From: Fimicolochytrium jonesii
Taxonomy: Eukaryota
Assembly (NCBI RefSeq): GCF_025526975.1
Contig: NW_026515671.1
Coordinates: forward strand, 682,001-746,000
Reading direction: 5' to 3'
Length of the DNA: 64,000 nt
The notes under the pieces were generated by a model. That model did not search any database and was not told where the DNA came from. It worked only from the letters and a program-made list of their open reading frames with translations. This document shows positions 25,201 through 37,368 of the stretch, one piece after another (the first letter of the stretch is position 1; the number at the start of each line of letters is the position of its first letter). The position numbers and the translations under genes were made by a program.

Positions 25201-28106
25201 TCATCTCTCATCAACGACGAGCCCAACCACCCCACGAACCAGGCCCTGTGGAAAGACAACATTCTTGGGCACGATATCCGCCAGCTGTTCCCAAAGCTCG
25301 ATGCTACAGGCTCCAACTTTGCAAGTGTTTGCCCTGGTTTCACTAAACCAACGACGTTCCAGGAGTTTGTTGAACTACCTCCCTTGAGCTGGTCCCCCCA
25401 CAGCACCGCCAAAGTTGACCCCTCATCACGCAAAGGAACCGTCGTTTGGGGTCCTGAATCCTTCGCAACCGCCCCGTCAAATCGGTACTTGATCGCGTAC
25501 GACAGGGTCTACGATGTTACCCCAATTGAAGGTCCCAACTCATTGTACAAGCAACAACGTGCGGGCGGCCCCTCTTTCCTGGAGACCGACAACACCCGCA
25601 CCGGAGGTGCCGACAACTACGTGTCGAACAAGATCTTGAACCGCGCCAGCAACAACCCTGGAGACAGTACCGCGGACTTTGAGAAGCTTCGTACATCCTT
25701 CCCCCAGGATTTCGCCAGTATCAAGAACTGCATGGATAATCTTTTCTATGTTGGTCAAGTGGATCACCGTAACGACCTGCAATGTCAAGTTCCCAACTAC
25801 GTCATGTTGGTCGCGTCTATCATTATCGTCGCTGTGGTTGGATTCAAGTTCTTGGCGGCACTTCAGTTCACCACCAAGAGGAACCCCGAAGAGCACGACA
25901 AGTTCATCATTTGCCAAGTCCCTTGTTACACAGAGGTACGTTGATGAGCATAATGTTTGAAAGCTGATCGCCTGGCAGGAACCTTTCATTGACATGTTCG
26001 CTTTTCTAGGGTGAAGCTTCTCTGTTGCGTACTTTGGAGTCTTTGGCCACCTTAGATTACGATGACAAGCACAAGCTGCTCTTCGTCATTTGCGATGGTA
26101 ACATTGTCGGTTCCGGAAACGACCGCCCCACGCCTCGCATCGTTCTCGACATTCTCGGAGTCGATCCCAATGTTGAACCTGAATCCCTGAGCTTCCAAAG
26201 CCTGGGTGACGGAAACAAACAGCTCAACATGGGCAAGATCTACTCTGGACTCTACGAAATCCAAGGGAAAGTCGTTCCCTACATTGTCGTCGTCAAGGTT
26301 GGAAAGCCCACCGAAAGGCAGCGCCCTGGAAACCGTGGAAAGCGCGACTCGCAGTTGCTTTTGATGCGTTTCCTCTCCCGTGTCCACTTCAACCAAGCCA
26401 TGAACCCGCTCGAACTCGAACTCTACCATCAAATGAAGAACGTCATCGGGGTCGACCCCTCCTTCTACGAGTACATCTTCATGGTGGATGCCGACACTGA
26501 GGTTTACAAGGACTCGCTCAACCGTCTCGTTTCGAACATGGCCCGTGACTCCAAGATCGCCGGTATTTGCGGTGAAACGCAAATCTCGAACGAACGAGAC
26601 TCATGGGTATCGATGATCCAAGTCTATGAATACTTCATCTCCCACAACATGGCAAAAGCCTTCGAATCTCTCTTCGGAAGTGTTACCTGTTTGCCCGGTT
26701 GTTTCAGTATGTACCGTGTTCGTACGCCGGTCAAGAACATCCCGCTTTTGATCTCCCCGACCGTCATCAAGGATTACTCGGAGAATGTTGTCGACACGTT
26801 GCACTTGAAGAACTTGCTCCATCTCGGAGAGGATCGATACCTCACTACATTGATGCTCAAACATTTCCCTAACATGAAGACGAGCTTTACCGGTGACGCC
26901 AAGTGTAAAACCAACGCTCCCGACCGCTGGTCCGTGCTTCTCTCGCAACGTCGTCGATGGATCAACTCCACTGTCCACAACTTGCTCGAGTTGTTGTGGT
27001 TACCTGAGATGTGCGGCTTCTGCTGTTTCTCTATGCGCTTCGTTGTGTTTCTCGATCTTTTTGCGACATTCGTGCAGCCTGCCGCTCTGGGTTACATCGT
27101 CTACCTTGTATGGTCCGTCGCTACGCAGCATGACAGCCAGTTCCCGTTGATCAGTATTATCATGTTGGGAGCCCTTTACGGTTTCCAGATGATTATCTTC
27201 CTTCTGAAGAGGGAGTGGCAACACATTGGATGGATGATAATTGTAAGTTTGCAATGCTTCTGTTCGCTCTGTCGTATCTCGTAGAATTACCTTACTAACT
27301 GAGTTCCCATGCGTATCTAGTACATCCTCGCCATGCCGATCTTTGGTGCATTCATTCCCTTGTACTCCTTCTGGCACTTTGACGACTTCTCGTGGGGTAA
27401 CACCAGACAAGTTGAGGAAGGAGGCAAGGTCGTGGAGAAGCCGGTCGCTGAAGAAGACTTTGACCCGAAAAGCATCCCTCTTCGCAAATGGGCCGACTTT
27501 GAACCTGAACGTCTGGAATTAGAGGCGGATACTCGCTCTCGACGCTCCTCGTACCACTCTGGCTCCGCCGGCGGCTCGTCTGGGCGATCCAAGGGGCACG
27601 CCGCTTCTGCGTACAGCGGGTCAGTGTACGGAGGCGGTGCTTCCGTTTACGGTGGATCCGTGTACGGAGGAGGTCCTGGGTCAGTCTATGGAGGTTCACA
27701 ATACGGTGGTGCGCCTTACCCAGCACCGCCATACCCTGGAGCACCTAGCATTGACGCTTACACCAACCGGATGAGCTGGGGAACACATTACTCTGGCCAC
27801 CCGGGCGCACAACCCGACTTCTCCGGCCTGCCACCCGTTCCACCACCGGGCGCCGCGCAACCGCTGGCGCGCAAGAGCTCGCAGCGATCTGCATACAGCG
27901 CGTCCTCAGACTCTGCCCCTCGGGCGCTTCCCTCGGACGACGAGATCCTTCGCCAAGTGCGGCACATTCTCTCCACGGCCGATCTGATGACGGTCACCAA
28001 GAAGAGTGTGAGGGAGGATCTGAGCAAGTTCTTTGGAGTTGATTTGAGTGCAAAGAAGGAATGGATTCACCGATGCATTGACGGCGTGTTGAAGGGCGAG
28101 TTATAG
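22263..28106 (+). CDS. Class V chitin synthase: myosin-motor-like domain, cytochrome-b5-like region, GT2 chitin synthase, DEK_C domain
   Basis: P-loop [59 protein letters not shown] and SQRRRWINS motifs; C-terminal [29 protein letters not shown]. Confidence 0.96.
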
Positions 28107-28948
28107 AGAGATGACATTCCCGCGTATCTCCCCTTCCGCCCCGCATCTATGGCGTCTTCTACCAACCCCCCCATTATTCCCCACCGTTCCATTTTGGACG
28201 CAGTTTTTTTCTGTCCTTTCCCGTCTCTCCCACCTTCATTTTGGCGTGCTTTTCTTTTACTTTATTTAGAGTTGCTACTTTCCCAGTACTTGCATCTGTA
28301 ATTGCCTTGCCCCCTTTTGTATTTTACTACGTTCCTAATATCGCTAGTCGCATTGCGGTTTGGTGCATATAAACCGACGGAAATCGGTGCGCCATTGGCT
28401 TTTGAATCATTGAACGACGGGCTGATGTTCGTGAAGATCCGCAGTGACATCATCCATTTCAGGACCGCCCGTGAATCGTGATGATCCTGTCTCCCGTCTC
28501 CCAGTGAGCTCCTGCTCCGAGCAGGGACGATCCTCATGTCGAATTTGCAGCAGTTGAAATTTGATGGAGACCATTGAGAAACGCTTGAGAGAACCAACGG
28601 CTCCAATCAGCTGAATACGCTTCTTTTACCTTCTATTCCCCGATGCTGCATGAGCACGCACCGGCACCCCCCCCCCTCTGCCCCCATGCCCGCTCCCAAT
28701 AAGCATATCCTTGAGGGATTTCAATACACGAAGAGTTAGGATCTCATGATTCTCATGGGGGCATTATGTGTAAACGGATAATGCGATCTGAGTACCGGCG
28801 AAAATCCCTTCAGAGGCACAGGGGAGACATTTGCAAAGGCTGGGAGACAGCGGGCTTCGTCATTGCAACGACAGAAGTTCAAGGGTCCTCCGCGCGTAGA
28901 ACGCACGCGGCAAGGAAACGGATGGAAACTTGCCGTCTTCGCACCGTA

Positions 28949-29132
28949 CAGTAGGCTGCCAGATATCAGGTTACGACGCCCCAAGGACACATCATTCCGA
29001 GCATAGCCACCGGCTCAAGTTGCCGACCCCCATGCAAATCCTTTCAGCACGACGGCTAGCCCAGGGCAGGACTGACAGCTGGCCGGTGACTTCTGGGGTT
29101 GCACAGGGAGGCTGATATCTGGCAGCCTACTG
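28949..29132. mobile_element. 184-bp Tc1/mariner-type MITE
   Basis: Perfect 21-bp terminal inverted repeats CAGTAGGCTGCCAGATATCAG (28949-28969) and CTGATATCTGGCAGCCTACTG (29112-29132), flanked by TA on both sides (28947-48 and 29133-34); no credible coding capacity. Confidence 0.88.
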
Positions 29133-29559
29133 TATGTGCGATTTACGCTTTCTCATATCCTCGCAAAGGAATTCAGGAAGAGGCCTTGTATGCTATGTAC
29201 CATATATAAGCTGGAGGCTATTGAGCGTCAGCCTTGCCCGAGAAAGACACTCAGATCTCCGCCCTCTCCAGTTTGAACGGAACAAACCAATGTCAAACCG
29301 CTAGTCATCCTACCCATCAGAATCGACACCAAACGCACTACAGCTTCCTTGCCTCTACGACGCTCGATACTTCTGAAGACTTATAAGCTTTCGCCGCCGT
29401 GCGTTACTTCAGTTTCCCATCGTTTCAAAACCCACTCCTTCGAAACAAGCGGCAATCTCAAATCGGGAACCACTTCTGTGCCCCTCCAAGGAGCGGACAA
29501 ACGCACCTCGCAACGTTACTCCAATGTCAATCTCATCCTCTAGTATGTCTTAAGGTGTA

Positions 29560-31345
29560 ATGGACGGCATGAACGTGGAAAGACGTTGTGCGCGTCGAGC
29601 CGTTGGCCTTTGCCACGGCATCTTATCACAGATAAAATCAGGTCGGCATGTTCCGCGATCCGACATCGACAACGCACTATGCGTCCTGCAGATGTACGAG
29701 GAGATGTGGGGATATCTGGACGATGACAGGGAGTCGGGCGTAGCCGATTGGAGTATTCCGTTTGAGTTCAATCAGAGCAGATCCCATCCGTTGGGACAGC
29801 GAACAATAGAGGGACAACCTCAGGCGGAGACGGGACAGACAGCAGATCCAAACAGGAAGCAATCGCCGCATCTTCCGCCGGAAGTGCTCGCCAGCATTTT
29901 TGCGCATCTTGATGCCACCCCGACGATCGCGCACAATGAGGAGTCCGGGCAGCAGAACAAGCGAACGCAGAGAGACCTTCTCGCCTGTTGCTTCGTCAAC
30001 AAAGCGTGGAAAGCGATGGCTGCCCCCTTCTTGTGGAAGAACCCCCGATTATGGTCACCGCGAGGTCTCTTCAAGCTGGTGTACTGTTCGCGGATATCGA
30101 GGTTCAGCTTCAATGGGAATCTCGGCACCGAGGTCCGACGTTTGGATACCATGGGCCTGCAGCTGGAGGAGCCTCTCCACACACCGCTCATTCGCATCAT
30201 GGCATCGACGTTCCCGAACCTGGAGATGCTACGTTTGGGCATCCGGAACTTTCATCCAAACACCATCGAACACGTTTTCGACCTCTGTCATGATATTCAA
30301 TGCTTTGCCCTGCGCGGCGACCCATGCATATCGTTTGACGTGTGGGGAGAGTCGTCGGTGCCACATTTCATGGCAGGCATGAAGAAACTGAGCGCATTAT
30401 GCTTGCACAATGGTATGCACCCCTCCTGTGTTTGGTTTGGTCAAGGAGGTGATCGGAACTCGCTCACACTCATATGCTCAACTCACCCTCGTCCGCGCTC
30501 TTGATAGTCGTATGTGATGCACAATCGATGCGATTCTACCATTGCGTCCTCAGCTCCATGACTAGCACATTGCGACACCTGAATATCGGACGGACATGGG
30601 TCGGCGATGAGATTGTCACTGCATTTGCGAAGTGTTGTATGTGTCTACTGCTTTGGCTTCTTTGGTGGTGCAGGGAGAGACAGTGACCGCAACTAACTCT
30701 TTCTCTCTCAATATCTTCCCAGGCCCTCACCTCCAAACATTTATCCTGGAAGAGAATTCAGCGCTAACCGACGTCGGCATCGAAGTTCTCGCCATGTCCT
30801 GCCGCGACCTCCGCTTCGTCAAGCTCCGAAACTGCATACACGTCGGCGACGACGGAATCACCGCGCTTGTCAAACGTTGCCGCAACTTGACGGTGCTCGG
30901 GATCAGCTACACGCGCTGCACGGACGCCACGATCCAAATCATCGCCGAAAGATGCCAGCATCTTCACACTCTGTTTATGGAGGATATCCTCCTCGAGTCG
31001 GAAGACACGATCATCAAGATGTTGGAGATGCGGGGAAAGAAGCTGACGACGCTGGCTATGGCTTCTACCGATGTCATCTCGCAGGCCACGGTGGATGCGC
31101 TCATCTCTTACTGCCCTGAACTGCGAGAACTGGATCTTGCCAGTTGCGGATCCGATAACCTGGCAAATCCAATCACGGAAGCGTCCATCGATAGGTTGGT
31201 CGACAGCTGTCCGAAGCTTCGCACGCTTTTGGTCTGTGGCGTGGATGGCATCTCGGACGAGTATCTTGATAAACTGTCGTCCCGATTGTCCACAACACAA
31301 TTCTGGCTTTCGCCGCCTGATGAGCTCACTGGGTGGATCGAATAG
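29560..31345 (+). CDS. F-box / leucine-rich repeat (RNI/AMN1-like) protein (multi-exon)
   Basis: HLPPEVLASIFAHL...DLLACCFVNKAWKAMA F-box; repeats such as LTDVGIEVLAMSCRDLRFVKL, VGDDGITALVKRCRNLTVLGI and CPELRELDLASC. Confidence 0.88.
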
Positions 31346-31707
31346 TTTCGGAACCCCTTCAATTTGTCATTCCATCTGTAGTTTCGTTGCTCTTGAACCA
31401 TCGAGAACTCGCAATCATCCACACAGTTTGGGGAGGCGATGCCAATGTATTTTGATCTAGGCTCCATAGTGTAAATTCAACGCAAGCGCATCAACGAAAG
31501 TGAATCAAGCGTCAGAAGCATTCTGTTTTCGGCAATGCCCGCTATAGTTACACGTAAATCATTATGCACATAGATAGAGAAGATGCCAACCGGTAGGCAG
31601 CCCGTCGCGAAAAGGATTGTCTTTTCAAAGATCTTGTCCCCGGCTGCTCATAGATTGTTACGCTGCCATCGACACTCGCTCGATAAGGTCGAAGTCTCCA
31701 AACGTCA

Positions 31708-34700
31708 TCACGGGTTGGACAGCTCCATCTGGATTTGTCTTGAGGTAGAAAGCCCGGGTCAGTTGTGTGCTCGAGTTAAAATTGCTAGCAAACCGGCCAC
31801 TCACCTGTGGACAGCGACCAAATAATCCACGTAACCCATATTGTCGAGGTTCTGGTCCTCCACCAGTAACTGATTGAACTCGACCTCTCCAAACTGATCC
31901 ATCTGCTGCCGGACGACCTGGAGATGCAGATGGCGAGGCCGGTCTTGCTGAACGCCGGCAAGGATTGCATGCACACGTTGTGATGTCTCATTCTCGAAAA
32001 CAGGTAGCACTCGCTGCCAGATCGGAAAACAAGGTGTCAGGCATATATGTTTCGGAAGTTGAGAGAGACGAGGTTGAGAGACAACCCGATCATCACCTTG
32101 CTGGTGTCCACCGCCTCGATAGCCTCGACGCCAAAGACTTCGCGAAGGAATGGTTGGGGAATCTGTCTCCCTAGCCATATGATGACTTGCTGACCATTTT
32201 CTGTGACAGGAAGTACGAGTTAATTGATTTCATCGCATCTCGATGTAATCCGGGCATAGCTCAATGAGAGGGCCACCGCACCTATTAGATAAGCGCCTGC
32301 CGGATTGAGACGTTCAGCGGAAACGCGAATGCTTGGTGGTAACTTCACGCGACCCCGTTCATCAGGTTGCCCGTACTGGTCCGGAGGTGAACGTAAGAAG
32401 GCAAACGAGCAGGATAGATGGAGTGAAGGAGTCATGTGTCACCTACCGGTGGTACCAAATCGTGCAGTTGCATCAATCGTGGATACAGTAATGGGACGCT
32501 TTCTGACACCCCTAATGATTTCAGCACGCGCATGTTGAACACTCGAATGTCGCTGGGGAGGTCAGGACCTGGTTGCAGAAGAGAAATAAGCTTCGCTGCT
32601 GAGAGAGAAATAGTGCAAATGATGAAGTAGGTTATATACCGCCGCGGAAGGCCTTGAGCTTCAGTACACAAAGCGTATACAGAGCGTAGAGCTTGTAGGA
32701 CTCTGGAAGAATGAGCTGTCCAGGCGATGTTGACGAGGCCACATGCTTCCGATAAGCGCTGAGAACTTTCACGCATTTTTCTCCCAGCTTTTCGCGGACT
32801 TGTTTCAATGAACTATTCAAGGTTTGAGCAACAGCTGAAAAATAAAGCACTTTGAGCTCAGGTCACCAAAAGCAAATGAGTACCGTCTGTATAGAGTTCT
32901 CACCAGCCTTGCACAAGAAGCAGATAGTAGTGTCCATCTCTGCGTATCGGAACACGTTGCCCAGACCGGTGGTATTTGGAACACTCAGATTGTGCACGCG
33001 GATTCTGCGTTCTCCATTTGCGGTTGTGTAAAGAAGCGCAGCTTGGAATGCCGACTCTTGCTTTTCGTCCAGCTTGCCATCATGTTTGAGGGCAACGCCA
33101 ATAGCCTTGCTGGAGTCGATTCCAGCAATCTCTACGTCCGTGATATTTTTCATGTAGAAATTGCCGAAATGTTCCGTGACCTTGAGTCCTAAGCAAGGGA
33201 CGCAAGTTTCAGCATTCCATTCCGAGAAAAAAAAATACATCGTCGAATTTCCCCTCTTACCGTTGGACACGCGTATCCTTAATAGAGCGTCGAATCCGAA
33301 TGTTCTCGTCAAGGATCGCTTGAAATCGTTCACCAGCTTGAAGCCATCGCGACCATCGTCAAAGTTCGGGTAGAGGTACAGATCGCCACCCGTCAAGGCC
33401 GATAACCCGCCAATCGTGGCGACATCAATGTATGCCGATGGGAACAAAAACATATCGATACAGACACCATTGGTCGCGCAATCTTGTCCGAGTTTTGTCC
33501 AGAAGTACTCCTGTGGCTCAAAGAGCGTACGCTCCTTATCGGTTCCGAACAGCTTTGGATCCTCCCTGCTCTTCAACTGACCGGGTCCGAACGTTGGCAG
33601 CATAGTCTGGAACACGCTCAGCTTCCCGCCTCGATCCTTCAATGCCATGAAAGCAGCCTGGACGGCGGCACCGAGAACAGGCTCGCTTGTGCGATTGCCT
33701 TCGAATATTGTCGGAAGCGTATCGAGCAGGTTCTCGATGACGTGACGTGATTCCCGTGGGTCAACCAAGAAGCCTTCGTTTAGGGGAACGAAGACGTCCG
33801 CAACGTCAGATACGACCAGCATCTGCGGTTGCTCAAGTCCAGGCGTCAAGTTGTAAAAGTGGACGGCCCTGTCAAAGGTCATGATTCCGACCTTGGCCTT
33901 CTGAGGCAGGGTCCTCTCATCGTGGTACAAGAGCTGCTTGATAGCTTCGACGGCCCTCTTGAGTATACCACTCTGAATAGCGTTCCATGAAACATCGATC
34001 GCAAAGACGTACGAGACCGGCACAGGCGGTCGAGCACAGTATTCTTTCGAGGCAACAAATTCGATCGTACCCTTCCTCAACTCCGGCCTCCGCATCAGAT
34101 CCATGCGGCGCCCACTCATATCCAGGTTCATGAAATACTCGGGTGGCACTTCGTTCTCGAATGAGCACAGGTTGCAGACAAACTTCCGTCCCCCATCTAT
34201 AAACTGGAAGTAAGGATTGACATATGCTTTGCAGCGGTTGCATCGCACAGGCCCCTTTTCTCCCATCTCCACAACCTCGATTGGCTCTTCACCAGGACCC
34301 AAATCCGCCAAAGGCTGCACTACGAGTCCGAGAGGGATCGATGCCAGATTAGCGAGATCGTCTGTACATGGAATGTTGTAAGTCGTGAGTCGCGCAAAGC
34401 GGGGGTTACAGTTCCCTTCGTCAATCGCGTGGAATACGGTAGTTGCCAAGGGTGGAACAGCTCGGGTAGCAGTCGAAAACGATTGGTTCTCATACACCGC
34501 TTGGTCGTTCTCTTGCACCAGGATGGGGCTGGGAACCTGGTTAGGGTCGATGCGAGAGCGAGGCGGCTGTGCAGGCCCTGCCTGCATACCAGGGCGCATA
34601 CCGGGCTGCATGTTGGGTGCGAAGCCAGGCTGCACGCCCGGTTGCACGCCTTGTTGGAGGCCAGGCTGATAACCTTGTTGCAGGCCGGGTTGCATACCTG

Positions 34701-36546
34701 GCTGCAGAGATCCTTGCATACCGGCCTGCGTCAACTGTCCGTACGATTGTCCGAAAGACGGAGGTTGAGCGCCGAGCCCAGGCGGTTGCATAAACTGTGG
34801 CGCTCCGTGCTGCATCATCGGCGGCATTTGATGCTGCACCTGAGGCTGCATCGTCGGCGGCATTTGATGCTGCACCTGAGGCTGCATTTGAGGCTGCATC
34901 TGAGGCTGGCCAGGCAAGTTAGACTGGCTGAACTGTTGACTCAACTGAGGGATCCCCGGCATCCCCGGAGCGGCGTTCGGGGCTCCGTACCCTGGGGCAC
35001 CAGGAGCTGGCATTACTGGCATTGGTGCTCCCGGCTGTTGTCCGTGTAAATCCGTCATGGAACTAGTAGGCGAAGCGTAGACGCGCTTCGCACGTGTGCT
35101 CCGTGTGCCTGCTCCTGGCCCCAGTTGCATGTTCGCCATTTGATTCGTAAGATTGCTAGAAGAAGGCGTTGTTCCCAGTGCTGGTGGAACTGTGCTCCCT
35201 GGAACCCCTATCCCAGCTCCAGTCGGTGTCCCGGATGAGCCCACGTTTGGCGCTGGTTGGCCTCCTGGCGGCACTCCATTTGCAGCGAAGGACGGCATTC
35301 GCTCCATAGAAGCTTGAGGCGTCGCTCCCTGTGTTCCAGGTGGGAGACTAGGCCGTACGCCGGTTGATTGTCCGAGGGGTTGGCCAGGTTGCCGGAAAGA
35401 ATCTACCCAATCAACATGAGGCCCAGCAAAACTACCACGAAAGATCGGGATAGCCATTCCTACCTTGCGACTGTAGCACTGGCCTGGATGGCGTTTGTCC
35501 CTGAGCCGGAGGTGCTTGACCGGGTGCGCCGGGCCGAAAAGAATCTTCGCCAAAATCAGTACAGACCAAAGGGCCGACATGAGGCTTCTTGGCAAAAACT
35601 ATGCTTACCTTGCCTGGGCATGGGCTGTTTTGCGGCCTGATTCGGAGGGCCGGAAGGCTGGGGGAAAGACGCTGCAAAAAGATTGGAACAGTAAGCTCCC
35701 AGCATCATGAGGAGTTTCCTAGAGAGTTCCGTATGCAATACCTTGGTGTTGAAGGGGAGGTTGCTGGAATGATGCTACCGTCATCGAAATAAACGACGCA
35801 TGTCAATTCATGCGGTCCACAACTTATAGGGAGGCCATCGAGCGTCTGTGATGCATACCTTGGTGCTGCAGGGGCGGCTGGTGGAAGGAACCTGAAGACA
35901 GTCCCATTTTGAGTACGCTCGACAGGAGCACGCTAATCAAGCAACAGGTGACATACCTTGTTGTTGCAGGGGTGGTTGCGGAAAGGAAGCTGCGAGAGCA
36001 AAATAGTCAACCAAACGAACACGTAGAGAAGCGCCTACTTCCGCAGTAGCCTTCTCGTACCTTGTTGTTGCAGAGGTGGTGGCTGATGGAAAGAGCCTAA
36101 GTAAAGGAAGTCGCTTCCATTAGCCAGGCGGAATCGAGTATCTTGTGACAAATGGAGATTACCCTGTGGCTGCGGCTGTGATGTATGGTGGAAGGACGCT
36201 TTGAACGCGGAAAACAGTCAGCACCAAACGTCCTCTGTCCATGCCAAGCCTTTCGCACTGGGAGCTTACCTGCATGCTGAATGCCTTGGGGCCTGAACTG
36301 CTGCTGTCCAGGCTGTCCGGGCTGTCCAGGCTGGCCAGGTGCAGGTGCTTGGCCTGGCGCTCCTGGTCTTTGCGGTCTGAACATGGCTGGGGAGTTCGGC
36401 AGGGCTCCTTGCGGCGGAGTGAAGGGTCGTTGCTGCTGACCGATAGCAGGGGCGCTCTGCTGTTGTATAAACGGCGCAGGTCGTTGCGTGGGACCCGGAC
36501 CCGGCCTCGCCGGGTTATGGGGACCAGGTGGCGGAGGAGCAGACAT
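31708..36546 (-). CDS. SEC24: COPII coat subunit Sec24 (Sec24C/D, Sfb3-like), many exons
   Basis: Pro/Gln-rich N-terminus; GNCNPRFARLT; Zn finger RCNRCKAYVNPY...FVCNLC; YVFAIDVS trunk; FQAALLYTTANGERRIRVHN; QLILPESYKL; last exon QIQMELSNP-stop. Confidence 0.96.
35464..36198 (-). repeat. Array of seven homologous symmetric (phase 1-1) micro-exons in Sec24
   Basis: Exons 36163-36198, 36061-36096, 35957-35989, 35859-35891, 35742-35774, 35609-35671 and 35464-35544 (36, 36, 33, 33, 33, 63, 81 nt). Each is bounded by AG and GT, begins with x-Ser-Phe and ends with a Gln codon plus G. Confidence 0.85.
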
Positions 36547-37368
36547 GACGTTCAAAGAGCGAAACTACTAGAAGGCTGAAAGAAACGCTTATGCCTAGCC
36601 CGACTCTCGGTGGACGAAAGAACAATAGGAGCCAAAGCTAGAGGTCGCCAAGATGCCCGCAGATCTGTAGGTAGCACATATAAGCAGATGTGCATGCGGT
36701 GATCATTATGAAAACGAGCACCGCGTGGGGGCGATGGGTCGGTCATCTTCACACTTACATCTTCCGTAGGAAAGCTTTCAACGACGGTCGAGCAGCGGGA
36801 TAGCTAACCAGCCGACCCTTGTGGGTCCTTTTTCTCTTTTACGAGTCCGAGGATGGCAGTGTGCGAGGGCAGGGAGTACTGGGCAAGCTCAAAGGCGGCG
36901 TGGCCGTCCGTGGGTGGATCTGGAGGGGCGAAAGAAGACTTTACGGCGAGTTGTCCAGAACTGCTTCTTACCCGCTAGCAACGGCTTCTCTCCCACTCCC
37001 ACGCGGCCCTGTCAAACTGTCAAAACGAAACGCGTTTGCGAGCCCCACGCACTCAGCACAAGTTGCAAATGGAATCCTTCATCAAGGACAGGTCGTTTTC
37101 ATCAGTCCTCGTTGTGCTCCTGCGTCGAACAATCGTTGGCTCCAACGTCTCTAACGTCTTCCGCCCACCTCATCGTCCACCTGCTGGACACAACCACCAT
37201 CTCCCTTGATAAGCCAGAAAATCGTGACGTTCACTGTATATACATAGATTAGACGCTGCACGCTGCACGCTGCATTATACACAAATACAAACAGCCCGTC
37301 TTCCCGGAGTAAAGGTTCAAGGGAAGGTCTCCGGGGATCTACGGCTGCCTCTTGTAATCTCGTCCAGA

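Noticed and set aside
35740..36100. Regularly spaced TACCTTG(T/G)TG repeats as a CRISPR-like array
   Set aside because: The repeats are exon ends plus splice donors of Sec24 micro-exons; spacers are introns and no cas genes are present.
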